Below, piece after piece: positions 29,062 to 37,972 of a stretch of DNA of 46,135 bases. Positions within the stretch are counted from its first letter, which is position 1; each line of letters starts with the position of its first letter. Made by a program: the position numbers and the translations under genes. The stretch is from Candidatus Micrarchaeota archaeon (GTDB taxonomy: Archaea > Micrarchaeota > Micrarchaeia > Burarchaeales > Fermentimicrarchaeaceae). The notes under the pieces are model-generated. The model searched no databases. It saw nothing but the letters and a program-made list of their open reading frames with translations, and was not told the origin of the DNA. The stretch is taken from contig JAPLWT010000031.1 of the NCBI GenBank assembly GCA_026396455.1, forward strand, positions 1 to 46,135, given 5' to 3'.

Positions 29062-29230
29062 GGGGCCATGGTATAACTTGGCAGAACAACAGGCTCCAGT
29101 TCCTTTTGTAAAGGAGCATTGTTACAGGTGTGATGACTCGAAAGAGAATGATTTAGAATTGGAGCATTGAGGAAAGATGAGATGCTTTATGAGACACCTG
29201 TTAATGAGGGTTCAAATCCCTCTGGCCCCA
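29062..29230 (+). tRNA. tRNA-Trp(CCA) with a 96-nt intron at 37/38 (29100-29195)
   Basis: GGGGCCA/TGGCCCC acceptor stem; ACAGG-CTCCAG|...|A-CCTGT; GAGGG-TTCAAAT-CCCTC T arm. Confidence 0.93.
29100..29195 (+). ncRNA. Intronic box C/D guide RNA for tRNA-Trp Cm34 and Cm39
   Basis: Guide ACAGGTGT-g-ATGA (D') and guide TGGAGC-a-TTGA (D); the N+5 rule lands on C39 and C34. Confidence 0.8.
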
Positions 29231-29261
29231 TATTAATTTATACTCCCAGACAGATTATCTA

Positions 29262-29585
29262 ATGGGTGGTAAAATGACCTGGAAAGAATTTCTGATGCCC
29301 GACTGGAGAAAGGTTATTTTGTTTATTATAACAACGATCGGAGTTAATTATTATATCATTTCAACTACTGTTATCTTAGATGCAAGAATTCTTGTTGGTT
29401 TACCATTAGGTTTTTGGCCAGTTGGAAGTAATTTTATTCGGGCTGGGGAACAAATTCCGCCATCTGTTGATTTTTCATTTACAAATCTTATTATTGATGT
29501 GATATTCTGGTATCTCCTCTCCTGCATTATAGTCTGGACTTATGATAAGTTGAAGAAAAAACCAGAGAAGAAAAAGAAGAGATGA
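29262..29585 (+). CDS. Small AT-rich membrane protein
   Basis: FL.PDWRK...GLPL.F...N.IID..FWY pattern, two hydrophobic segments, basic tail. Confidence 0.75.
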   Translation: MGGKMTWKEFLMPDWRKVILFIITTIGVNYYIISTTVILDARILVGLPLGFWPVGSNFIRAGEQIPPSVDFSFTNLIIDVIFWYLLSCIIVWTYDKLKKKPEKKKKR

Positions 29586-29640
29586 TTTTATGGAATCAGA
29601 AAGAAAGCAGGAGGGTAGAGGGAACCAAAGGGGTTCCTCT

Positions 29641-29662
29641 GGTTTAAATCCCTCTGGTCCCA
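29641..29662 (+). repeat. Imperfect direct repeat of the tRNA-Trp 3' end (att-like)
   Basis: GGTTTAAATCCCTCTGGTCCCA versus GGTTCAAATCCCTCTGGCCCCA (29209-29230), 20/22 identical. Confidence 0.85.
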
Positions 29663-29746
29663 CTCCTATTTTCAAATTAGACTAAATTTGTTGTTGACTT
29701 GAATAACTATTTTCTCTAGAAAACAGAAAGCCTTATATGCCAGAAT

Positions 29747-29804
29747 GTTATATACTTCTAACATAAAGTTATATTAAGATAACAAATAGTTAAAAATAAA
29801 TAAC
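29747..29804. promoter_or_regulatory. Three tandem palindromic operators GTTA-N8-TAAC
   Basis: Copies start at 29747, 29768 and 29789 (21-bp period), just downstream of TATA-like CTTATATG (29732). Confidence 0.8.
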
Positions 29805-29810
29805 AAAGAG

Positions 29811-30212
29811 GTGGGGCAGGTGGAAGTTACAAACGTTAAGAAACGCTCGCTGCGCGTTTTATTTTTTGCCGCCATAGTGATACTCGGAGGAGTCATTCTT
29901 TCTGTTCCTGGATATGTTGATGCAAAGACTGCTCCGTATATAATGTCCATCGGGGTAGCAATGCTTTTCGTTGGCATAGCAATTCAGTTCAGGAAGGAGG
30001 ACATAATAGATGAGAGGACAAAGAAAATTGATATGGCTGCACTTGCCTATTCCTGGCGGTTTACTTTCATAGTCATAGCTTTGCTGATGCTAGTGAACGA
30101 ATTCACGACTATTAAACTCGGTACCGAAGCTGTCCTAAGCATCATTTTCTTCTTTATGGCAGCGAGCCAGATCGCGTTGACCTGGAATTTCAACAGAAGA
30201 GGTGATGTGTGA
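29811..30212 (+). CDS. DUF2178-like membrane protein
   Basis: DERTKKI...A..YSW motif, four hydrophobic segments; start uncertain. Confidence 0.75.
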   Translation: MGQVEVTNVKKRSLRVLFFAAIVILGGVILSVPGYVDAKTAPYIMSIGVAMLFVGIAIQFRKEDIIDERTKKIDMAALAYSWRFTFIVIALLMLVNEFTTIKLGTEAVLSIIFFFMAASQIALTWNFNRRGDV

Positions 30213-30667
30213 TGAAAACGAATATAAAAAATAAACCCAAGAGTATTGGGAAGGATAGGACCGTGATTATTGCAGGATTCGTTGTATCTGCCTTAGTGCT
30301 TGCGACTTTGGTTCTTTGGGTAACAAACATGGGCAGTATTAACCTGTTTGAATCTCTGAGCATTCTGATAATACTCTTTTTGGTGATAAGTGCCGCTTGG
30401 ATTTTGGTGGATAGGACGAGGAATATGAGAGCGGGTCTCCCTGCCAAGGATGAGATGACAGTGAAGTTGATGCACAAAGCTGGGTACTATGCATACCTGG
30501 CTTCCATATACATCGCATTGGCGTTGATGTGGTACAGCGACTCCCTGGAAGACTCTGGCGGTGCGGGGCTTGATGCAGGGCAGGTCGGCGGGGCGATAAT
30601 CCTGCTGTCTGCAATAGTTCTCATGGGCTCTTACTTCTATCTCAGCCACAAAGGGGCTGCGGAGTAG
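30209..30667 (+). CDS. DUF2178-like membrane protein
   Basis: GLPAKDEMT......AGYYAY motif, four hydrophobic segments. Confidence 0.75.
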   Translation: MMKTNIKNKPKSIGKDRTVIIAGFVVSALVLATLVLWVTNMGSINLFESLSILIILFLVISAAWILVDRTRNMRAGLPAKDEMTVKLMHKAGYYAYLASIYIALALMWYSDSLEDSGGAGLDAGQVGGAIILLSAIVLMGSYFYLSHKGAAE

Positions 30668-30676
30668 TGTGTTCAA

Positions 30677-30874
30677 ATGAAGACAAGAATAAAGGAGTTC
30701 AGAGCAAAGTACGATTTGACCCAGGAGCAGCTTGCGCAGAAGGTCGGAGTTAGGAGGGAGACCATTGTTTTTCTTGAAGCTGGAAAATACAACCCCTCTC
30801 TTAAACTGGCTCATGATGTAGCCAAAGCACTAAAAACGACAATTGATGAGTTATTTGTTTTCACAAGAGATTAA
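30677..30874 (+). CDS. XRE-family HTH transcriptional regulator
   Basis: [32 protein letters not shown]. Confidence 0.95.
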   Translation: MKTRIKEFRAKYDLTQEQLAQKVGVRRETIVFLEAGKYNPSLKLAHDVAKALKTTIDELFVFTRD

Positions 30875-30996
30875 GCCCGTGCAAACGCAAGTAGTTGTTG
30901 AGAATTGATAAACGGATGGAGCTCTTGTCTTGCTTTCTCTAGTATTCGAATAGCGAGAGAGCTATATTAATATTTAAATAAGTCTAATATTAGTCT

Positions 30997-31764
30997 GTGA
31001 GAACTGTAAATAAATCTATTAAGTTGTACTTTGTCCTCATTTTACTTCTCCACGAAATAGCGGCACATCCTGGGTGGGTCCAGACGGGAGTCACTGCCTA
31101 TTATGACGGTATCGGAGCATTCAAAAAGGGAGGAGAGTACAACTCCGGGGCTAGGATGGATATCATAGAAAAAGTTGACAGCGAGAACAACGGCAATATC
31201 TTAGTAACTACTACCTTCAGGGAGCCCACTTCAGGTTACACCATAATAAACACCTCAACCTACGGCCCGAATGATGCTTTGGGGGCATTCTGGTATGATG
31301 ATAAAGCGCTTCAAAATATGAAAACCGGCGACAAGGTAAATGTTTTCATCAAGGGTGTTGGCAATATACCCTTCACAGCTACCAAAGGACCATATCAAGA
31401 CGCTACTGGAAAAGTATGGGATGCCGTGATGCTTGAGGTGAAGGATACTGCTGAGTTCAGGCTGATTTATGATGTTAATACAGGCCTCCTCATCCACCAG
31501 GCAGAGGTCTACCCTAACCAGGAAACATACGTCGACTTCAAATCTATAAGCGTGGATTTGTCGACATACCAGGCTGCTGGTGGCTCGATAACGCCTCCGG
31601 TGAACCCCGCGATAGGCGGGCAGGATAACAAGAATAATACTCAAGCGACTGGAATCCTCGGAAACCTTACTGGCGGCTTGGGTATACCGAGCATTAATTC
31701 CTGCAGTAGTGCATTCTTTATACTAGCCGGAGTTTCTTTGGCTTTCATAAAAGGTGTGATATGA
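30997..31764 (+). CDS. Secreted protein with a C-terminal Cys-led membrane anchor
   Basis: Signal peptide, beta-rich domain, low-complexity linker, SCSSAFFILAGVSLAFIK tail. Confidence 0.7.
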   Translation: MRTVNKSIKLYFVLILLLHEIAAHPGWVQTGVTAYYDGIGAFKKGGEYNSGARMDIIEKVDSENNGNILVTTTFREPTSGYTIINTSTYGPNDALGAFWYDDKALQNMKTGDKVNVFIKGVGNIPFTATKGPYQDATGKVWDAVMLEVKDTAEFRLIYDVNTGLLIHQAEVYPNQETYVDFKSISVDLSTYQAAGGSITPPVNPAIGGQDNKNNTQATGILGNLTGGLGIPSINSCSSAFFILAGVSLAFIKGVI

Positions 31765-34706
31765 TAAACCGTTGTCTCATATATACGCTAGTAGTCCTGC
31801 TTTTTCTCACTGGCTGCTGCGGATTGAGCTACAAGAATCTGGAGGACTTGGTCTCTTCTAATCAGACCAGCGGAGTTGGAAACCTGCTCCCAACGCAGCC
31901 GGAATGGACGTATATTGTCTACATGGATGGAAACAACAACATAGAACAGGATGCAATTTCGGATTTTCTTGAGATGGAGCGAGGAGGCGGCTCCACCAAC
32001 AATGTTAATGTTGTGGTCCAGATGGCCCGCGGGGGGTACTACGCAGGTGAAGGAGGGTGGACCGGTGCGAGGAGGTTTCTTGTGGGAGCGGGTAACGGGC
32101 AGAATATGACCTCCCCGATACTGGAAGACATTGGAAATCCGGACATGGGGAGCCCTGACACGCTTTACAACTTTGTTTCTTGGGCTGTTGACAGGTACCC
32201 TGCAAAGAAATATGCAGTAGTTATCTGGAATCACGGAGGTGGATGGACCGGAATGCTGCAGGATGATGTCCATAACACAAGCATGAGCCTTGGAGAGATG
32301 CGCCAGGCTTTTACTAACATAAACCAGAAGCTCGGGAGAAAGATGGATGTGATTGTTTTTGACATGTGCCTCATGGGTCAGTATGACGTGATGCTTGATA
32401 CCTATCAGTATGCGGATTATATGGTTGCGTCAGAGGAGAGCGTTCCAGGCTACAGCTACGATTATACAACGGTGATTGGGGGTCTTACTTCAAAACCTGC
32501 AATGAGTCCGCGCGACCTTGCAGCCATGGAGGTTGAGAAATTCAGGGAATTCTATCAGGACAAGGAGTACGCCACAACAATGAGCGCTTATGACCTTTCT
32601 AAATTTCCGCAGCTCAAGCAGGCTTTTGATGCTTTTGCAGAGGCACTCACAGCCCATGTGAAGAACGGAGGATGGAAAGATGTTGCGGAGATGCACCAGT
32701 ATGCAGACCACTACCCCCTAGGAAGCGATGAAGAAAGGATATTTTCCTTCGGCGACCTTTATGATTTTGCGTCAAACGGCATTGCATACTCGTTCAATGA
32801 TAGCGATCTGGGGGATACGGCAATGGCGTTGCAGACTGCGATAAACAGCACGGTGATTGCAGACTACAACCACCCGAAGCATGCACGCTCATACGGTGTT
32901 TCATACTACTTCCAGCCTGCGAAATGGATTTATTCAAAGATAAATGCGGATAGCTACCCACAAACAACCGCTTACAACCAGCAGGCATGGAGAGATTTTC
33001 TCGCGGCGTATTACGCCAAGGAGAACATGAACTCAACGAAGCCGGTCATATCGAATTTTGAAGTCTCCCCAGTTGCTTCGCTTGTAAGACCGATCAGATT
33101 TTCCTACAGCATGTTTGGCTCCAACATTGTGAAGAACCAGTGGCTCCAGTTCTATTACGAGAACGGGGAATGGAAGCTTGCGCGCATCATAAGCCAGAGG
33201 GCTGTCACTACACTCGCAAACGGAAAAACGGTTTATGGGATTTCTGACGGGGCAAGCGAGGGGGTTGGGAGAAGCTCAACTGTCGAGATGCGCCTGACTG
33301 ACGGGACAAGGAGCGACAGGGTAACGGTCGACAAGAGATGGCCCGCAGAGGACTTTTTTGTGGTGGGAGGCGTTTACCAGCGGGGAAACGAGAAGGCGGA
33401 CGCGCAACTGTACTTCTACGAGTCAAATGGAAGCATTGCAAATGTCCAGATAACCGTGCAGGGACCGGATGGGCAGCCCGTGGTTGGTTACCTGCCCTCC
33501 CTGGAGGACGGGGACGTTTTCACTCCGTATATCTACAAACTCGCCCAGACAGGGCTTGTTCAGGCGGAGAGCCAGCCGCTTACTTATAACACAGGCGCGG
33601 GCTTTGAGCTGGAGTGGCACCTGCTCGAGCCAGGAACTTACATGGTTGCCGACATGCTCACCGACCTAGTAAACCAGAACAGTTACGTTGTCGGAACGTT
33701 GAAAGTTGGGCAGCAGCCAACCCTAACACCTCTCACGCAAGATGATTTGAACAGGAACTGGGAATGCGGCCAGATAGAAGAGGGAATCACCGTGCAATAT
33801 AGGGCAGATTTCAACTTCTCCGGAGGGAAATGCGTAATGAGCGACGGGCTTGGAGTCTCTGAGTGCGAGCTTACCTATTCAGATAAGGCAATACCGCACA
33901 TGCACGTTTACATGAAGGATAGGTTCGAAACCCTGCATTTCATAGCTTCAAGAGTGAATGACAACGCGATGTGGCTGTTTGAGCTTGCGGGAACAGACCC
34001 GATCTACTGCATAACTTCCGGGAGCACCCCTCCTTCAATCTCGGTTTACAAGAATCTTTATGCAAGCGTTGGCGATAACGGGGAGGATTTGGATGAGAGA
34101 CAGGTTGACTCCGAAGGGATGAGAGGCAGCTGGGAAAGCCCTGCCAACCAAATGGCATTGACGTTCAATGATGACGGAACATTCAGGTGGACCATCAGCA
34201 CGCATGCAATAAACGGAAGGTATTCTGTGAACAAGACGTATATAGCTCTCAACGCAGTTTCTCCCTCGCCAGAGTACTCAACAACTTTCTACTACCTAAG
34301 GGGGAAGCATAAGCTCGTTCTATATGATAACTCAAACAAGGCGATAGTCTTCAACAGGCCTGGCGAGACGATTCCAGAAGCATCAAACGCGCCTGCCCCG
34401 GCGGTTGCGCCCGGAACGGCACCGAGCCAGCCTCAGCAGCAACCAGTCCAGCCTCAGGCTCCCCCGAACCAGCTCGTGGGGCAGTGGTACAATCCGTATA
34501 CGCAAACTCTCCTGACGCTTGGTGCAGATGGCTATTACACCTTGCTTGATGGTCCAAATTACTATTACGGGATGTATACGGTTCAGGGAAATATATTAAC
34601 GCTGAGCTATGCTGGGATGACTTTCCAGTACTATTACCAGCTGAGCGGCAATACTTTGACTCTGCAGGGGCAGGGAATAACAATAGCACTAACGAAAACT
34701 GCCTAG
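31761..34706 (+). CDS. Clostripain-family (C11) cysteine peptidase lipoprotein with C-terminal accessory domains
   Basis: LTGCC lipobox; WTYIVYMDGNN, WNHGGGW (catalytic His), FDMCLMG (catalytic Cys), VASEESVPG. Confidence 0.9.
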   Translation: MINRCLIYTLVVLLFLTGCCGLSYKNLEDLVSSNQTSGVGNLLPTQPEWTYIVYMDGNNNIEQDAISDFLEMERGGGSTNNVNVVVQMARGGYYAGEGGWTGARRFLVGAGNGQNMTSPILEDIGNPDMGSPDTLYNFVSWAVDRYPAKKYAVVIWNHGGGWTGMLQDDVHNTSMSLGEMRQAFTNINQKLGRKMDVIVFDMCLMGQYDVMLDTYQYADYMVASEESVPGYSYDYTTVIGGLTSKPAMSPRDLAAMEVEKFREFYQDKEYATTMSAYDLSKFPQLKQAFDAFAEALTAHVKNGGWKDVAEMHQYADHYPLGSDEERIFSFGDLYDFASNGIAYSFNDSDLGDTAMALQTAINSTVIADYNHPKHARSYGVSYYFQPAKWIYSKINADSYPQTTAYNQQAWRDFLAAYYAKENMNSTKPVISNFEVSPVASLVRPIRFSYSMFGSNIVKNQWLQFYYENGEWKLARIISQRAVTTLANGKTVYGISDGASEGVGRSSTVEMRLTDGTRSDRVTVDKRWPAEDFFVVGGVYQRGNEKADAQLYFYESNGSIANVQITVQGPDGQPVVGYLPSLEDGDVFTPYIYKLAQTGLVQAESQPLTYNTGAGFELEWHLLEPGTYMVADMLTDLVNQNSYVVGTLKVGQQPTLTPLTQDDLNRNWECGQIEEGITVQYRADFNFSGGKCVMSDGLGVSECELTYSDKAIPHMHVYMKDRFETLHFIASRVNDNAMWLFELAGTDPIYCITSGSTPPSISVYKNLYASVGDNGEDLDERQVDSEGMRGSWESPANQMALTFNDDGTFRWTISTHAINGRYSVNKTYIALNAVSPSPEYSTTFYYLRGKHKLVLYDNSNKAIVFNRPGETIPEASNAPAPAVAPGTAPSQPQQQPVQPQAPPNQLVGQWYNPYTQTLLTLGADGYYTLLDGPNYYYGMYTVQGNILTLSYAGMTFQYYYQLSGNTLTLQGQGITIALTKTA

Positions 34707-34765
34707 CGGGGAACAGTAGCTCAAAATCAATAAATATATCGCTTGCCTTATCCTAGGGTGGGTAG

Positions 34766-35707
34766 ATGAGATACAAATGGGTTGATGTATACCGGGGAAT
34801 AGCAGTGCTATTCATGGTAACACTGCACTTTTTCGTAGACATCTTCCCCGTGTCCCCGATTCCATTCCTCAACTACGAAGTAAGGGGCGTAATCTCGATT
34901 GGGGATATGGCAATTGCGCTCTTCCTTTTCATATCAGGAGTTTCCACCTACCTTTCCATCTCGCAAAGGAAGAAATCGGAGAGCGAAGATGATGCAGTAA
35001 AGCACGTGATACTGAGGTATGCAAAGATATTCGTAATAGGTCTCCTGCTTGATATCCTGCTCATATGCTTCGCAGAAAGAGTATGGTGGGTGCTTGAGAC
35101 AATAAGCCTGGCAGGCATCCTCTCATTGTTCTTCATTCCCAAATGCTTCTCTTGGAAGATGAAAGTATTCTCCATAGTCGTCATAGGGCTATGCTACTCC
35201 TACATCACCTCAATACCTGAGATCTACTCGATGGCTTTAGCATTCCCCAATGGCGGCATTCTCGGCTCAGTTCCCATGAGCGGAATTGTGCTGTTAGGGT
35301 ACATGAGTGGCGAGCTCATAATGAAGAAAAGGAGGCAGTCCCTTCCCGTCTTCATCAGGGCAGGGATACTCCTCCTGCTCGCAGGCTTTATGTTGAGCAG
35401 GTTCATCACTTACGACAGGTGGATAGGCAATCTCCCGTTCGTAATCCTCTCATCAGGCTTTTCCATCCTGCTGATGGTCGCGGTATACTGGCTCGTTGAG
35501 ATCAAGAGAATAACTTCGGCAATACTTTCGGACTTTGGGCAGTCCGCATTGCTGATGTTTGCGCTGAACTACCCAGTGCTTGCGCTTGCGGCGAATATGA
35601 ATCTAATGAACTCATTCAGCATAACAGAAGCAGCTTTAATAACACTTATTCTGGTCGCATTCCTCTACATTGCAGCAAGGCTGAGGCGTTCATTCACCAA
35701 ATCTTAG
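34766..35707 (+). CDS. HGSNAT/DUF1624-like transmembrane acyltransferase
   Basis: R...VDVYRGIAVLFMV..H, FLFISGVS, FGQSAL; about 9 TM segments. Confidence 0.8.
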   Translation: MRYKWVDVYRGIAVLFMVTLHFFVDIFPVSPIPFLNYEVRGVISIGDMAIALFLFISGVSTYLSISQRKKSESEDDAVKHVILRYAKIFVIGLLLDILLICFAERVWWVLETISLAGILSLFFIPKCFSWKMKVFSIVVIGLCYSYITSIPEIYSMALAFPNGGILGSVPMSGIVLLGYMSGELIMKKRRQSLPVFIRAGILLLLAGFMLSRFITYDRWIGNLPFVILSSGFSILLMVAVYWLVEIKRITSAILSDFGQSALLMFALNYPVLALAANMNLMNSFSITEAALITLILVAFLYIAARLRRSFTKS

Positions 35708-36299
35708 GGTTCAGCTTCATCTCAAGCCACACCTTCAGAGTCTCCTTGGGCCTGATTCCCTCCAGCCTTCCAATCTCCTTCCCTTTCTTGAAAACTATGA
35801 GTGTTGGAGTCGAGGTTATAGAGTACTTCTTCCTGCTCTTTGGATTGTCCGCAACTTTTATGTAAGCAACCTTGAGTTCCTCCCCGTAGTCTTTTTCAAT
35901 ATTTTTCAGGAAAGGAGCAATAACTCCGCTGTGCGCACCCCAGAAGTTGACCAGAGTTGGTACCTTGGAGCCAATTTTCTTCTTGAAATTCGAATCATTG
36001 AGCGCTACCTTGCCCATCCTGCCGGGCTTGCTGCCGTATATCTTGGCTATGTGGGCATTCCTGTTGAACTTCGCCTTCTTTGATTTTCTTATAAAATCTC
36101 CAAGCTCATCATCATCTTTCGCAAGCTTCACTGCGAGGTACGGGCATGCCCTCACGCACAGCATGCATGCCGTGCATTTATCATTGTCAATCTCGACAGT
36201 GCCCTTCTTATCCTGGTAAATAGCATTCCTCGGGCATACGTTCATCAAATCGCATATCTGCTGCTTCTCGCAGATTCTGGGGTCTATAAATACCGGCAT
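35694..36299 (-). CDS. Dicluster-type ferredoxin fused to a thioredoxin-fold domain lacking CxxC
   Basis: CTACMLCVRACP plus C-x5-C-x5-CP; Trx-like LVNFWGAHSG...YSITSTPTLIVFKKG. Confidence 0.85.
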   Translation of the reverse strand: MPVFIDPRICEKQQICDLMNVCPRNAIYQDKKGTVEIDNDKCTACMLCVRACPYLAVKLAKDDDELGDFIRKSKKAKFNRNAHIAKIYGSKPGRMGKVALNDSNFKKKIGSKVPTLVNFWGAHSGVIAPFLKNIEKDYGEELKVAYIKVADNPKSRKKYSITSTPTLIVFKKGKEIGRLEGIRPKETLKVWLEMKLNPKIW

Positions 36300-36391
36300 A
36301 TCGACAACTCCTATGTCTTTTCACATTTGGTATATAAAATCTTTCCTGAATTATACATTTTTATACCCCACTGGAGAATTAATCATGTTCT

Positions 36392-37828
36392 ATGAAAAAC
36401 AAAAAGAGCAACTTCTCGGAGTGGTACACTGAGGTAATCCAGGAGGCAGAGCTAGCTGACATAAGATACAATGTGAAGGGATTCCTCGCCCACATGCCCT
36501 GGTCTGTCAGAACTATGAAGAATATGTACTGCATAGTCGAGAGAGAGCTTGAGAAGAAAGGGCACGAGCCTGCCTGGTTCCCGGCTCTTATTCCAGAATC
36601 ATATTTCAAGAAGGAGGCGGAGCATGCGGAGGGTTTCTCTGCAGACGTATTCTGGGTAACAGAAGGAGGAAGCGACAACACCAAATTCTCCGAGAGGCTT
36701 GCCCTCAGGCCGACTTCCGAGACTGCCATGTACTCAATGTTCTCCCTCTGGATACGGACATGGAGGGATCTGCCTTACAAGATATACCAGAGCTGCCAGG
36801 TTTGGAGGTTCGAAGGGAAGTCGACAAGGCCTTTCATAAGGGGAAGGGAGTTCTACTGGACAGAGGCCCATGACGTTTTTGAGACCAAGGAGGAGGCTGA
36901 GAAGCAGGTTGAGGAGGATAGGGACACTACCTGCAATGTCCTGAAGGAGTTCGCAATTCCATTCATATTCTTCAAGAGGCCGGAGCATGACAAGTTCAAG
37001 GGTGCTGTTAGCACCTATGCCGCCGACAGCATAATGCCTGACGGAAAGGTAATACAGTTACCATCAACGCATTTCCTGGGGCAGAACTTCTCAAAGGCAT
37101 TCAACATAAAGTTCGTTGACAAGAAGGGCGATGAGAAGCATGCATGGCAGACCTGCTACGGCCCTGCGGTATGGAGGATTTTCGGTGCTCTTGTGGCAAT
37201 TCACGGTGACGACAAAGGCTTGATTCTGCCGCCTTCCATCGCACCGCTCGTGGCCGTCATCATTCCCATATACTTCAAGGGTTCTGATCAAAAGGTAATG
37301 GAGAAAGCAAACTCAATAAAGAAGCTTCTTGAAAGCAGATGCATAAGCGCAAAGGTTGATGACAGGGCGGAGCACACCCCTGGCTGGAAATATAACTACT
37401 GGGAGCTCAAGGGGGTCCCGATAAGAATCGAGGTAGGGCCAAAGGATATTGAGAAGAATCAGCTCGTGCTTGTCAGGAGGGATACCGGGGAGAAGGCCGC
37501 CATAAAGGAGAGCGAGCTTGTTGAGAAGATAACCAAATTTTCAGAGGAAATCCAGAGCAACCTTGCAAAGAGGGCGGAGAAGTTCTTCAAGGAGCACATA
37601 TCAGAGGCGAATGACATGGCGCAGCTTAAGAAACTACTCGATGAGCAAGGAGGGCTGGTCAAGGTTGAGTGGTGCGGCTCCGAGGAATGCGCCGATAACA
37701 TAAAAGCCGATACAGTTGGAGGGGACATACGCGGAACCCCGCTTGGAAAAGAGGAGAAGCCAAAGGGGAAGTGCATCCGGTGCGGGAAGAAGGCGGAGCA
37801 GGTAGTATACGTGGGTAAAGCATATTAA
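36392..37828 (+). CDS. proS: Prolyl-tRNA synthetase, archaeal type
   Basis: FSEWY, LALRPTSET, TRPFIRGREF, HGDDKGLILPP, C-terminal GKAY. Confidence 0.98.
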   Translation: MKNKKSNFSEWYTEVIQEAELADIRYNVKGFLAHMPWSVRTMKNMYCIVERELEKKGHEPAWFPALIPESYFKKEAEHAEGFSADVFWVTEGGSDNTKFSERLALRPTSETAMYSMFSLWIRTWRDLPYKIYQSCQVWRFEGKSTRPFIRGREFYWTEAHDVFETKEEAEKQVEEDRDTTCNVLKEFAIPFIFFKRPEHDKFKGAVSTYAADSIMPDGKVIQLPSTHFLGQNFSKAFNIKFVDKKGDEKHAWQTCYGPAVWRIFGALVAIHGDDKGLILPPSIAPLVAVIIPIYFKGSDQKVMEKANSIKKLLESRCISAKVDDRAEHTPGWKYNYWELKGVPIRIEVGPKDIEKNQLVLVRRDTGEKAAIKESELVEKITKFSEEIQSNLAKRAEKFFKEHISEANDMAQLKKLLDEQGGLVKVEWCGSEECADNIKADTVGGDIRGTPLGKEEKPKGKCIRCGKKAEQVVYVGKAY

Positions 37829-37853
37829 CCCTGAAATTCAAATTCTTAAAAGC

Positions 37854-37946
37854 AGCCCCGTCATCTAGTGGCCAAGAGGTTGATGAAACCTGGTAAGATG
37901 GTGGGCTTTGGACCCACCCACGTCGGTTCGAATCCGACCGGGGCTA
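37854..37946 (+). tRNA. tRNA-Gln(TTG) with a 20-nt D-arm intron at 22/23 (37877-37896)
   Basis: A1-U72 acceptor stem AGCCCCG/CGGGGCT; GTGGG-CTTTGGA-CCCAC; BHB with GCCA/TGGT helix and AG|A, AA|G cuts. Confidence 0.93.
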
Positions 37947-37972
37947 TACTTCCATCAAATGAGGCTAGCCAT

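Noticed and set aside
29747..29804. Periodic repeats as a possible mini-CRISPR array
   Set aside because: The units are 16-bp palindromes with 5-bp gaps and no spacers or cas genes; they fit operators
37877..37896. TGATGA (C-box-like) within the tRNA-Gln intron
   Set aside because: A 20-nt intron has no room for a D box or guide; the motif is just the hairpin loop
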